64,000 nucleotides of DNA from IMG/VR virus record IMGVR_UViG_3300009788_000010. One strand, given 5' to 3'. Position numbers and translations under genes: made by a program. The DNA comes from an uncultured virus (IMG/VR IMGVR_UViG_3300009788_000010). Lineage: Duplodnaviria > Heunggongvirae > Uroviricota > Caudoviricetes. Numbering within the stretch: the first letter of the stretch is position 1; every line of letters begins with the position of its first letter. Positions 48,022-56,553 of the stretch are shown here, in pieces. A model generated the notes under the pieces. It had not been told where the DNA came from. It saw nothing but the letters and a program-made list of their open reading frames with translations, and made no database searches.

Positions 48022-48353
48022 CGCCCCTCCTCCGCGCGGCGGCGGCTGTGCTCTTGACTAACTTGAAGGGCTGCTGCTGACCACTCCAGTTGAAAGAGTA
48101 GATTGACGCACTCCCGCTCCACCTCGTCCCGCCACGCGTTCAGGATCTCCGCCGCACACTTCGGGCACTCGCCCCGGCGGATCTGCTTCTCGTAGATGCC
48201 GTGCTCCGGCGTGGCGCACGGGAAGCCGAGGCTCTTGACCGCCAACGCCTGCGCCGACTCGCGGACGGTCGGGGGCGGCTTCCGGCGCGGAGGGTCGCTT
48301 GTCAGCACCCGCTTGCGTCTCTGCGCTTTCCACTTTCGCGATTCCTCGCTCAT
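48018..48353 (-). CDS. hypothetical Zn-binding protein
   Basis: C...HG...ECPKC. ATGA overlap. Confidence 0.5.
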   Translation of the reverse strand: MSEESRKWKAQRRKRVLTSDPPRRKPPPTVRESAQALAVKSLGFPCATPEHGIYEKQIRRGECPKCAAEILNAWRDEVERECVNLLFQLEWSAAALQVSQEHSRRRAEEGR

Positions 48354-48718
48354 CCCCTTCTTCTCCGCGCCAGCGCCGCCAGCACCAACAGCAGCGGCAG
48401 CAACGCCCACTGGCCCGGCTCCGGTAGCGGCACGATCACGATTGTATTCGATGGGGTGCTGACGCCCTGCTCGTTGTAGGCGGTGGCCATGACCGCCGTT
48501 GTCTCCCAGAAGCGTTCCAGGCAGAACACCTGATAGTACGTCTCACTGATCGCATCGTAGTCGCCGTAGGGCTGCTCCAGGCTGTAACTCGGCATCCCTA
48601 CGTCTTCCACCTGTACGGCCCCGCTGGTCTGGCGGCTGAACGACAGAACGAAGCCCTCGGCCTCGTCGCCGGGCTCGGAGGGGTCGTTCCAGTGGACGAG
48701 GATGGGCTTACACGTCAT
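48350..48718 (-). CDS. FN3-like protein with PEP-CTERM-like C-terminal sorting signal
   Basis: TAYN..G.S.PSN followed by LPEPG, a hydrophobic helix and RRRRG. Confidence 0.75.
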   Translation of the reverse strand: MTCKPILVHWNDPSEPGDEAEGFVLSFSRQTSGAVQVEDVGMPSYSLEQPYGDYDAISETYYQVFCLERFWETTAVMATAYNEQGVSTPSNTIVIVPLPEPGQWALLPLLLVLAALARRRRG

Positions 48719-48948
48719 CGTTGCCTCCATCCCAACGCCGCCAGCAAGACCAGGCACGGCGCCAGCCCCACGAGGAGCGAAGGCTCCGGCAGCGGCAGCG
48801 GGTCGCCGCTGCACGTGATCCACTCCCGCGGCGTCTCCGTCCACAGGATCCAGTTGTCGCCGGGCAGGGACTCGCACCGGACCGAGTCCGGGAAGTGCTC
48901 CTCGCACGGGCCGGGCGGGCTCACGCGAACGCTCCCGTCCGAAGTCAC
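48715..48948 (-). CDS. small Cys-containing protein with PEP-CTERM-like C-terminus
   Basis: GTGA overlap with the TerS stop. LPEPS, a hydrophobic helix and WRQR. Confidence 0.65.
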   Translation of the reverse strand: MTSDGSVRVSPPGPCEEHFPDSVRCESLPGDNWILWTETPREWITCSGDPLPLPEPSLLVGLAPCLVLLAALGWRQR

Positions 48949-49550
48949 CGCGCGCCGTGCTCCCTCACCCAGCCGCCCTCGTCTCGCGTGCCGCCGACGC
49001 GGAGCACGCCGCTCGAGGTCGTGTCCGGCTCGCGCCGCCCGTCGCGGTAGCGGTGCGGCCTGCGCCCGCGCAGCAGCGTCGTCATGAGCCCGTCGCTGTA
49101 CTCCTGGACGTAGCCCACGCGGGCGCCCTTCTGGTAGACGGGCTTCCTGACGCCCTTCTCCGCGCGGCGCCCCGCCTCCTCCTCGAGCCGGTCGACGTAC
49201 GCCTCCTCGGCGCTGTCCCACGCCGCCTTGAACTCCTCGTCGACGCCGCGCCACGCCCACACCGTGGAGCGCCGCACGCCGCACGCGGCCGCCGCCTGCG
49301 CCGGCGAGCCCGTCTCCTCCATCTTCTCGCAGAACTTCGCGACGTTGGCCGGCGTGCGCCGCGAGGCCTTGCCCGCGCCGTTCCCGAAGCCGCGGCCCCT
49401 CGCGTTCTTCTCCCTCGCGTCCTTCGAGAGGCGCTCGCGGTCCGCCTTGGAGCCGCGCGCGTTGCCGAGGTCGCGGCCGCGCCGCGACGTGCGGCCGCCC
49501 GCGGCCTTCTTCCGCCGCGTCGCCTTCTTCTTGGAACGCCTGACGGCCAT
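48945..49550 (-). CDS. terS: terminase small subunit (HTH)
   Basis: G....AA...GV.RSTV..WR..D.EF...WD.A, LE.EA.RRA..G and YSD.L...LL. Confidence 0.8.
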   Translation of the reverse strand: MAVRRSKKKATRRKKAAGGRTSRRGRDLGNARGSKADRERLSKDAREKNARGRGFGNGAGKASRRTPANVAKFCEKMEETGSPAQAAAACGVRRSTVWAWRGVDEEFKAAWDSAEEAYVDRLEEEAGRRAEKGVRKPVYQKGARVGYVQEYSDGLMTTLLRGRRPHRYRDGRREPDTTSSGVLRVGGTRDEGGWVREHGAR

Positions 49551-49936
49551 CGCGGCCCTCTCGAGGTTGATTGGGATGCGGGCGCGCACGCCTCATCGAT
49601 CGGCGGCCGGCCACGCGCCTTCCCAACAAGCCGTTTGGCCTCCGCGCATCACGCGCGCGCCCGCTTCAAATCCAATGGCGTTGCGGGTGCGCGCGCCGAA
49701 AGAGGACGACGCGGCTCATGAGAAAGCGGCGCGCCCACGCGCGCACCCGCGGCAGGCTGAAGCCTAGCTAGGCGTTCCCGCGGGCGCGCCGCACCCGCGA
49801 GGGCCGCGCCAACTCCGCGGACGCGAAGGCGGAACGGGCCGCGGCGCAGCCCAGGCCGGCCGCCCTCGCCCGGGCGCCGGGCGCCGGGCGCCGGGCACCA
49901 GGTGAACGTGCCCCGACCGGGGCGCGCTCGGGGCCC

Positions 49937-50095
49937 GGCCGGATCGACAAACCCCAACGATTACGCGGGCTTGGCCCCCGGGCGCCGGCGTCCGGCTCGG
50001 GACACGTGCACCCGTCCCGGGCGCCCGATGTAACTGCCCGAGCTTGCGGGCGGGGCCGCAAATGGTTGGAATCGCTCGGCTTTGTCGATCCGGCC
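49937..50095. repeat. inverted repeat with 15-bp perfect arms
   Basis: GGCCGGATCGACAAA (49937-49951) / TTTGTCGATCCGGCC (50081-50095). Extends inward imperfectly. Confidence 0.85.
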
Positions 50096-50453
50096 CCGGG
50101 CGGCGTTACGTCCGGACGCGTTCCGGACGGGGCACCAGGAGCCGACCTCGAGCGGCCCGGCCCGGGCGGAAAGCGCAGCGGTTACGCGGGGTTGGGGCGA
50201 TTCGAGGACGGGGCGCAGCCCGACCCGGTCGGGTTTACGGGCGACGAGCCAGGGCCGGCCCCCCTGGCCAGAGCGGGCTCTGGCGCGAGCAGCGGCCCCC
50301 GCACCGGCGCGGGGCGACGCGGGCGCCCTAGAGGGTTCGCACCCACCCCTCGCCGCCTGGCCTCGAGCGCCGGGCGCCCTGTCCGCGTCGGCCCGCGTCG
50401 GCTCGCGTCGGCCGCCCGAGCGCGAGCTGCGCGCCCGGCGGCGATGTGCCTGG

Positions 50454-50624
50454 TCCATGTCGATCCACGTCGATCTTCTAGGCGCGGCAGCCGGCCCTAG
50501 GAGCCTCGTTGGATCACGTCGATCCACGTCGATCCACGTCGCGGCCCCGAACGCGGGCAGCGCGCCCCGGAGCCCGTGTTGGCCCACGTAGATCCATGTC
50601 GATCCACGTCGATCGGCGTCGATC
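50454..50624. repeat. three clusters of the decamer GATCCA(C/T)GTC
   Basis: Direct read at 50454-50475, 50512-50540 and 50583-50624. Confidence 0.85.
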
Positions 50625-51550
50625 GGGCGCCCGTCCCTCGCCGAGCGGCGCTCTTGGGAGAGCAGCGCGCCCCTCGTCGGCGCGGGGGCGGCTGCGCGCC
50701 CCGCGGATCGAGCGCCCCCCCCGTGCGTGCGCGCTTCCCGTCCGATCGTCCGAGGCTCGGCGCGCACACCCACCCCCAAAGGGAACGGGCTCTGGCGCGC
50801 CCAGGCCGCCCCGCGCTGGTTTGGGAGGCTCGCGGCGCCCCGCAGCGCGCACACCCACCCCACGCGCGCTCCATGTACGTCCGGGCCGCGTCGCGGCGCG
50901 CGACCCGGGCGCGACGCTCTCGAGAAGATGTGCCTGGCCCCGCGCGAGCGGCGATCCTAGCGTCCACCTTGGAACTCGGCCCTAGCGCGCCGAGGCGGCC
51001 CGGGAGGGCGCGCGCCCGAGGCCGGCCCGAACGGCCTCTGGGCGCCCGTCCTTGGAGCAGCGTGGCCGGCCATCTCCAAACGGGCCTCACGGCGCGACGC
51101 GGCGCCCCGCGGGGACGAATCGAGCCCCGGCGCGGGCGCTCGGGCAGCTTCGGCCGCCTCGAGCGGCGCGCCCCGGCACCAGAATCGGCGCCCGGCGCCT
51201 CGAGCCCAGGCCGCCCGGCCCCGGAAACGCGAGCCCCGCACGAGCGCCCCTTCCCAATCCGGCCCCGGGAGGCCTTTGGAAGCGTCGCGGGGCCGAATCG
51301 ACCGTCGGCGCGAGGGGAGGGGGCTCGACGCTCGAGGCCGGCCGCGTAACCCGACCAGTCGCGGCAGCGCGCCCTAGGGCCGGGGCGCGACGCCTGGGGC
51401 CGACAGCGCCTCCCGCGCCGGGCTCCGGCGCGGCCGCGGCGCGACCGAGGCCGCGAGAGCGCCCCGGAGCCTCGGCGGGCTCCCAACCGGGACGCGCGCC
51501 CGCGGCGGGCCGCCACACGTCCTGCGCGGGCAAGGCGCCGGGCCCTTCGG

Positions 51551-51716
51551 GCGATGTCGGCACGCGCGCAGCCGCTCCCAAACCTCTTGAAGATGTCAAC
51601 GCGATGTCAAATCGACGGGGCGATGTCAAGCGACGTCGGGCGATGTCAAATTCGACGGGCCATGTCGGGGCGATGTCGGGCGATGTCGGATTCGACGGGC
51701 GATGTCGATTCGACGG
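51551..51716. repeat. cluster of (G)CGATGTC / TCGACGGG repeats with ~10-bp phasing
   Basis: Direct read. Confidence 0.85.
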
Positions 51717-51733
51717 CGGGCGAGCAGGCGCGG

Positions 51734-51850
51734 CTATCCGCCATCGGGGCCCTCTTCGCCGTACCACCATTCGTCGAGGGCCCGCGCGGACAGGGCGACC
51801 ACGATCGCGCACGAGAGGAAGCCGCAGGCGAACCAGAAAAGCCCGCTCAC
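51734..51850 (-). CDS. small membrane peptide
   Basis: GTGA overlap. 38 aa with one TM. Confidence 0.4.
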   Translation of the reverse strand: MSGLFWFACGFLSCAIVVALSARALDEWWYGEEGPDGG

Positions 51851-52335
51851 GGCGAGAGCGCCTGCCCGACGCGGGCCCTCGCGGACCTGACGAGGGCGCC
51901 GCAGTAGTCGCGGTTCCACTTGCGGGCGTGGCGCGGCCAGCGGCGGCGGCACTCCGCGGCGACGGCCTCGAGCGGCTCGTCGGGCATCTCGACGACGTAC
52001 AGCCACCAGACGCGCAGCGGCCAGCGGCCGGCGGAGGCGATGGCGCTGGAGAGGTCGGCGAGGGCCGCGAGGGGCTCGCCGCGCGACGAGGGCCTGGGCG
52101 CGCTCTGGACGAGGCCGCGGGGCACGGCGCCGCGGTGGAGGCGCCGGGCGGCGCCGCAGCCGGGGCAGAGGTCGTCGCGGAACTCGAGGGGGGAGAAGCA
52201 CCTCTCGCACCCGGCGGCGCGCCACTCGCCCTCGTCCTCGACGAGGTCGCCGCAGCCGCGGGGCGTTTCCAGCCGCAGGCGGAGGCGCGCGTACCTCTCC
52301 AGCGCGCCGTCCGCCGAGTTCGCCCGCCTGCCCAC
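51847..52335 (-). CDS. Zn-ribbon plus C-terminal HTH-like protein, possible late transcription regulator
   Basis: CERC..CPGC. Near the end of the early genes, before the packaging region. Start uncertain. Confidence 0.45.
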   Translation of the reverse strand: MGRRANSADGALERYARLRLRLETPRGCGDLVEDEGEWRAAGCERCFSPLEFRDDLCPGCGAARRLHRGAVPRGLVQSAPRPSSRGEPLAALADLSSAIASAGRWPLRVWWLYVVEMPDEPLEAVAAECRRRWPRHARKWNRDYCGALVRSARARVGQALSP

Positions 52336-52358
52336 GCCGGCGCAGGGTAGCGCGTCCG

Positions 52359-52790
52359 TCAGCGGGCGCAATAGGCGCAGAACCCGCCGTCGTCGGCCGC
52401 CCGGTTGGTGCACGGGCCTCTCGGGCCGATCGAGCGGCACATCGGGCGCCACGCCTGCTCGTTGGCCTCGTCCTGCTCCAGCGCCTGGTCGATGGCGTTC
52501 CGCGAGTACAGCCGCTGCGGGCCTTCGGCGGCCGGTTCCGGCTCCTGCCTCCGTTTGGCCGCGAACCCGCCGCCCGCCAGCTTGGCCGCTATGTACCTGA
52601 CCGACGCGGCGATGAGCGCCTTGGACGCCTTTTGGACGCACGAGACGCAGAACGCCGGCGGCCCGGGCCCGCCTACGTCCCACTCGACCATCGGCGAGCC
52701 CGGCGCGACGGGCATGTCGCACGAATCGCAGTCAAGGTGCACCATCCGGCCCGGCGTCCGGTCGTGGGCGCTCACGATCCGCAGCCTCAC
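52359..52790 (-). CDS. hypothetical Cys-rich protein
   Basis: CDSC..CVSC and C..C..FC motifs. Overlaps with neighbours. Confidence 0.55.
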   Translation of the reverse strand: MRLRIVSAHDRTPGRMVHLDCDSCDMPVAPGSPMVEWDVGGPGPPAFCVSCVQKASKALIAASVRYIAAKLAGGGFAAKRRQEPEPAAEGPQRLYSRNAIDQALEQDEANEQAWRPMCRSIGPRGPCTNRAADDGGFCAYCAR

Positions 52791-52987
52791 AGGAGGATGC
52801 CCCGGCGCGCCGCCTCACGCTGCTGGTCGAGCATGGCCCGCAGCGCGGCCTCCCGCAGCGGCGCCAGCCTCCGCTCGTCCGTCCTCCTCCGCCTCAGTCG
52901 GTCGCGTTCGCGCCGCGCCGCGAGCCTCGCCTCGCGTTCCTCGAGCCTCCGCAGCGCGGTCCTGCACAGTTCTTGGATGTCCTTCAC
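52787..52987 (-). CDS. hypothetical Arg-rich protein
   Basis: GTGA overlaps and an RBS. Confidence 0.45.
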   Translation of the reverse strand: MKDIQELCRTALRRLEEREARLAARRERDRLRRRRTDERRLAPLREAALRAMLDQQREAARRGILL

Positions 52988-53235
52988 TTCTCGCCCTCCT
53001 CCTCCGGCCGGTCGTAGATCGGACCGGACTTGCCCTGCGCGACGACGCGCCGCGGCCTGCCGCCCGGGAACAGCGCCTTGTTGAGGTCCTCGACGCTCAT
53101 CTTCGTGCGCTTCGTCGGCGTGCGTATGAACCGCCGCTTGCTCAGCGACTTCCCGGGGTCGCCTCCGCGTCCGATCAACTTCCGCTTCTTATGCGTCGCG
53201 CTGCCCGCGTACTCGTATTTTTGCTCGTCGCTCAC
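52984..53235 (-). CDS. hypothetical basic protein
   Basis: GTG start after AGGAGG. Confidence 0.5.
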   Translation of the reverse strand: MSDEQKYEYAGSATHKKRKLIGRGGDPGKSLSKRRFIRTPTKRTKMSVEDLNKALFPGGRPRRVVAQGKSGPIYDRPEEEGEK

Positions 53236-53486
53236 GTGCCCTCCTCCTTGGCCTGCGTCCGCCCGTTTACGTCCTGCTTCGTCACGATGCGCCCGCCGCG
53301 GCACCGCTCGCGGTCGTCTTGATGGCTCGCCCACGTCGCGCCGCAGCCGCGCCTCATGCACCACAGCGCGGCGCCGAACGTGTGGCCCATCGAGAGCGCC
53401 TCTCTGTCCGTCTCGGCGAGGGGCCTGTCCACGCGCCCCTTCGCCTCGCGGGCCGTCTCCGGTTCGCGCGGGCCGCTCGCCGTCAC
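53232..53486 (-). CDS. hypothetical protein (H..C..C..H motif)
   Basis: Coupled ORF. Confidence 0.5.
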   Translation of the reverse strand: MTASGPREPETAREAKGRVDRPLAETDREALSMGHTFGAALWCMRRGCGATWASHQDDRERCRGGRIVTKQDVNGRTQAKEEGT

Positions 53487-54139
53487 GGCGAGCCTTCCTC
53501 GATCTGGCGGCGGAGCTGGACGATCTCGGGCTCAAGCGGGCCTCGCTCGTATTCAAACAGCTCGATGATCGCCATCGCCCTGTCCCGCTGCGACTCCAGC
53601 CCTATCGCCTCCCGTTCCATCCGGCGAATGGTGGCCAGCGCGCCCTCGGCCACGTTGGATTGGACGAGATCGATGGCGGGCAGCACGACCGCGCCCACCG
53701 TCGCGACGAGCAACGACCGCGAGGACGCGGGCAGCTCGTCGAACGGCACCCGCGAGTCGCCGCGCGTCTCGTAGCCGTGAGACGGCGCGAGCAGTTCGTA
53801 GGTCTCGTGGAACCGTTCCGCGAGCGCGATCGCGTCCTCCGCGTGCCTGTCGGATTGTTCGCCGTCCATGCACCCGCGCGATTGCACGGGCATCTCGGGC
53901 GTCGGCGGCTTGAAAGCGGAGATCGCGACCGGCGGCTGCGTGGACCCGCTCATGACCCGGAGCCAGACCCGGCCCTCCGCGGCTATCCTGTCCGTCTCGT
54001 CCTCGTCCAACTGCCAACACGAGACGCAGATGTTCCCGTCTGTCCATACGGGCAGCGGCAGCACCTCGCCCTCGCGGCCTTTCGGCGCCGTCCGCACTCC
54101 GTTCATCTCCTCGAATTCGACCGGAATCGCCATTTCCAT
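53483..54139 (-). CDS. hypothetical phage protein
   Basis: LPV..SCW.L..E...I...G.VWL..QPPV motif. RBS AAGGGAG. Confidence 0.65.
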   Translation of the reverse strand: MEMAIPVEFEEMNGVRTAPKGREGEVLPLPVWTDGNICVSCWQLDEDETDRIAAEGRVWLRVMSGSTQPPVAISAFKPPTPEMPVQSRGCMDGEQSDRHAEDAIALAERFHETYELLAPSHGYETRGDSRVPFDELPASSRSLLVATVGAVVLPAIDLVQSNVAEGALATIRRMEREAIGLESQRDRAMAIIELFEYERGPLEPEIVQLRRQIEEGSP

Positions 54140-54174
54140 GCTCCCTTTCGTTTGGTTCGGCCTTTCTTCGCCTT

Positions 54175-54483
54175 GAAGGGTGGCCTCAGGGTGGCCGTCA
54201 GCCGGCCTCGAAAAAACCGATTAAACGCCTCCGGACGCGTCGCCGCGGCCTCTGGACGCGTTCCAAGCCAGGGTGGTGGTGGTGGTGGTCGCAGGCGTGA
54301 GCCTTATACGGGCTTTTTCGTCGGAGGAAAACGGGCCCCGGCGAATAATTCGTAGAGCGGATTATCAACACCACCACCACCACCTTCATTAAAGTGTATA
54401 TATATATATTGTTTATTCTCTTATGATACGCGGGTTTACGACTTTCCAATCCAAGGATTTCAAGCGAAATCAGGGTGGTGGTG
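54175..54483. other. candidate replication origin (GGT iterons flanking an AT-rich core)
   Basis: (GGT)6 at 54272-54289, inverted CAC run at 54369-54384, TA run near 54397-54408 and repeated AGGGTGG. Confidence 0.5.
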
Positions 54484-54577
54484 CACGGAAAAGTGTCGGG
54501 GCCGTTCTCCGCATGGGGGAACGCGGCTGCGCCGCTATCTCCCCAAAACCATACGGGGGTGCGCGAGGGGGCGGGCG

Positions 54578-54844
54578 TCACGCGCGCCTCGTCCCCGGAT
54601 AGGACAATTCGTCGACGATCGTCGCCGCCTCAAGACCGTTCCTGCTCGAGAGAAGCAGTTTGGCGATGCGCTTCCGATCCTGCGCCAACGCGGACCGCTT
54701 GACGTTGGGAATGGACCGCACCTGGCCGGCGAGCCACTCGAATTCCGAATCCGACGTCGCGCACCTTATCCGCCGGCTCGCCTCGACGGCGAGCAGCCTC
54801 TCGTTCCGCACGCGGTCGGTCTTGGTCAGTTTCATCTTCTTCAC
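54578..54844 (-). CDS. hypothetical protein
   Basis: GTGA overlap. Confidence 0.5.
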   Translation of the reverse strand: MKKMKLTKTDRVRNERLLAVEASRRIRCATSDSEFEWLAGQVRSIPNVKRSALAQDRKRIAKLLLSSRNGLEAATIVDELSYPGTRRA

Positions 54845-55047
54845 AGGCCCTTCTCCCTTTGTCGCTGCATCCATTCCCTCCGCCGCGCGGCCTGTTTCCT
54901 CGCTTGGCAGACGCGGCACCGCTTCGAGCGCCTGCCCGACTTCGGCCAGAACGGCGCGTCGCAGTCCTCGCACAGCGCCGTCCGCGGGTCGCCTGAATGG
55001 CGCGTGGCGAATAGGAGGAGCTGATTCGCTGCGTGTTTCAATCTCAC
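54841..55047 (-). CDS. small Zn-finger protein
   Basis: CEDC..CRVC. RBS GGAGGAG directly after the pentamer array. Confidence 0.55.
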   Translation of the reverse strand: MRLKHAANQLLLFATRHSGDPRTALCEDCDAPFWPKSGRRSKRCRVCQARKQAARRREWMQRQREKGL

Positions 55048-55061
55048 GAATCAGCTCCTCC

Positions 55062-55345
55062 TCACCTTGCCTCGCCTTGCCGCGCCCAACCGGACCAGAC
55101 CTCACCCCGCCTTGCCGCGCCATGCCAGACCTGGCCTAGCCACTTAAAACCTTGATTTGAGCGCCTTGCCATGCCAGACCCAACCACAACATGCCTCGCC
55201 TCGCCTCACCCAGCCTCGCCAGACCGCGCCTTGCCTTGCCATGCCCTGCCTTGCCCGGCCTTGTTCCATCAAACCAAACCTTGCCTCGCCAAACCTAACC
55301 TCGCCTCGCCAGACCCAACCCGGCCTCACCAGACCAAACCTCGCC
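55062..55345 (-). repeat. GGY-NN pentamer array in three tracts (candidate guide ncRNA)
   Basis: Minus strand: 15 units (55345-55271), 20 units with 19 perfect (55260-55161) and 16 units (55141-55062). Linkers of 10 and 19 nt. Confidence 0.95.
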
Positions 55346-55350
55346 TCGAC

Positions 55351-55887
55351 TTACGTCTTCCAGTCAGTCACCATGGAGCGCCCGAACGGGCCTTTGCGTT
55401 CCGGCCTGAAGTCGAGCAGCCCGACGCGCGCACCCATGTCGTCGACTACGCGTCGAAGTTCCGTCTCCTTCAAGAGCAAGTCGTCGTACTCGACCGTGAA
55501 CGAGATCTTCCATTCGTCGATCCGCGGCCGGTGCCGTACGACCCGACCGCCCGTCGCCGGCATCACGACGGCGCGGGAGTCGATCACGTACTCGTTGACG
55601 CCGAGCGGGATCCTCTCCGGCGACACCATCACACAGGCGGCGAAGGGCTTTTGGAGCGACGCGCGGCCCTTGCCCTTCGAGTACGTCGCCGCGCCGATCA
55701 GCGCCCTGTGCACCGCGACGCCGGGAACGTAGAGCCCGCCGCTGTTGGTGAGGTCGCGGTGCGCCCTGATCTCGCACTGCTCCTCGGGCGTCTTTTTGTC
55801 GAGTCCCTCCACTGGCACCAGCGGGAACTTATTCATGAGGAGGGGCGAGATGCCTTTGATGGTCACTTCGACTTTTTTGATTGCCAT
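55351..55887 (-). CDS. stand-alone RAMP/Cas7-like RNA-binding protein
   Basis: VTIKGISPLLMN, LYVPG..V..ALI.A, VR.RP....W.ISF.V and a C-terminal Gly-rich loop G..VGL.DFRP..KGPFGR. Confidence 0.7.
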   Translation of the reverse strand: MAIKKVEVTIKGISPLLMNKFPLVPVEGLDKKTPEEQCEIRAHRDLTNSGGLYVPGVAVHRALIGAATYSKGKGRASLQKPFAACVMVSPERIPLGVNEYVIDSRAVVMPATGGRVVRHRPRIDEWKISFTVEYDDLLLKETELRRVVDDMGARVGLLDFRPERKGPFGRSMVTDWKT

Positions 55888-55906
55888 GGCTTCCTTTTCC
55901 TTTCTG

Positions 55907-56311
55907 TTATCGTCGGTCGTTGCATTCGAATGTCTTGAAAATCGGCAACACCCATTCGGGCGTATGCGAGCGAGCGAAGACGACGACGCCGCGGGGCTGG
56001 ACGAGCGACTGGCGCGCCACCCGCTGCCGCAGCGAGATCATTGTCCGGCCCGTCGTCCAAACGTCGTCCAACAGGACGGGCACGCCGCCGGGCGCGGAGC
56101 CCTCGCCGACGTAGAGCGCGAGGACGTAGAGCGACTGGCAGGTCGTCGCGGCCGGCAACGTGACCGGCCCGTAGCCCTCGCCGCGCCGCTCCAGTTCGAC
56201 GCGGATAACCTTCGCGAGGCCGCGAAGGCTCGAGACGGGCAGGTCGTCGAGTTCGATCTTGAACGGCAGTTCGACGCCCGCGCTCGAGGTGAACGTTCCG
56301 TAGCGTATCAT
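55907..56311 (-). CDS. phosphoribosyltransferase-like protein (PyrE-like)
   Basis: G.FTS.AG..LPFKIE and PRPP-binding loop VLLDDVWTTG.T. Confidence 0.75.
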   Translation of the reverse strand: MIRYGTFTSSAGVELPFKIELDDLPVSSLRGLAKVIRVELERRGEGYGPVTLPAATTCQSLYVLALYVGEGSAPGGVPVLLDDVWTTGRTMISLRQRVARQSLVQPRGVVVFARSHTPEWVLPIFKTFECNDRR

Positions 56312-56553
56312 CGCCTTAGCCTCCTTATCAGCCTGTCCCGCTCGCGTTCGAACGAACGGGCCAGCGCCGCCGCCCTGTCCGCGTCCCTGCGGTCGTTTCT
56401 TATCCTGAACGGGATGAACGCCGACAGCGCGACGATCAACGCAGCGTAGAGCAGCGCCGTCGTCCAGTCGCGGAACCAGACGGCGAAGCCCATTCCGATC
56501 CCGACGACCGCGACCAAGACATATTCGACCACCATCATCTTGATCTTCTTCAT
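56308..56553 (-). CDS. two-TM membrane protein
   Basis: Two hydrophobic helices. ATGA overlaps. Confidence 0.6.
   Translation of the reverse strand: MKKIKMMVVEYVLVAVVGIGMGFAVWFRDWTTALLYAALIVALSAFIPFRIRNDRRDADRAAALARSFERERDRLIRRLRR

Noticed and set aside
49649..51812. ORFs in the GC-rich region upstream of TerS
   Set aside because: Low-complexity A/R/G/P translations without RBS or motifs. Treated as non-coding.
54198..54581. 127-aa ORF with a poly-His stretch
   Set aside because: It is a translation of the GGT/CAC runs and the TA tract, with composition unlike the phage genes.
55062..55345. Canonical CRISPR array, or protein-coding repeat ORFs (55144-55329, 55157-55732)
   Set aside because: There is no 23-50 nt repeat/spacer structure. 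The 5-nt period gives meaningless ARQG/PCLA translations, so a non-coding role is more plausible.
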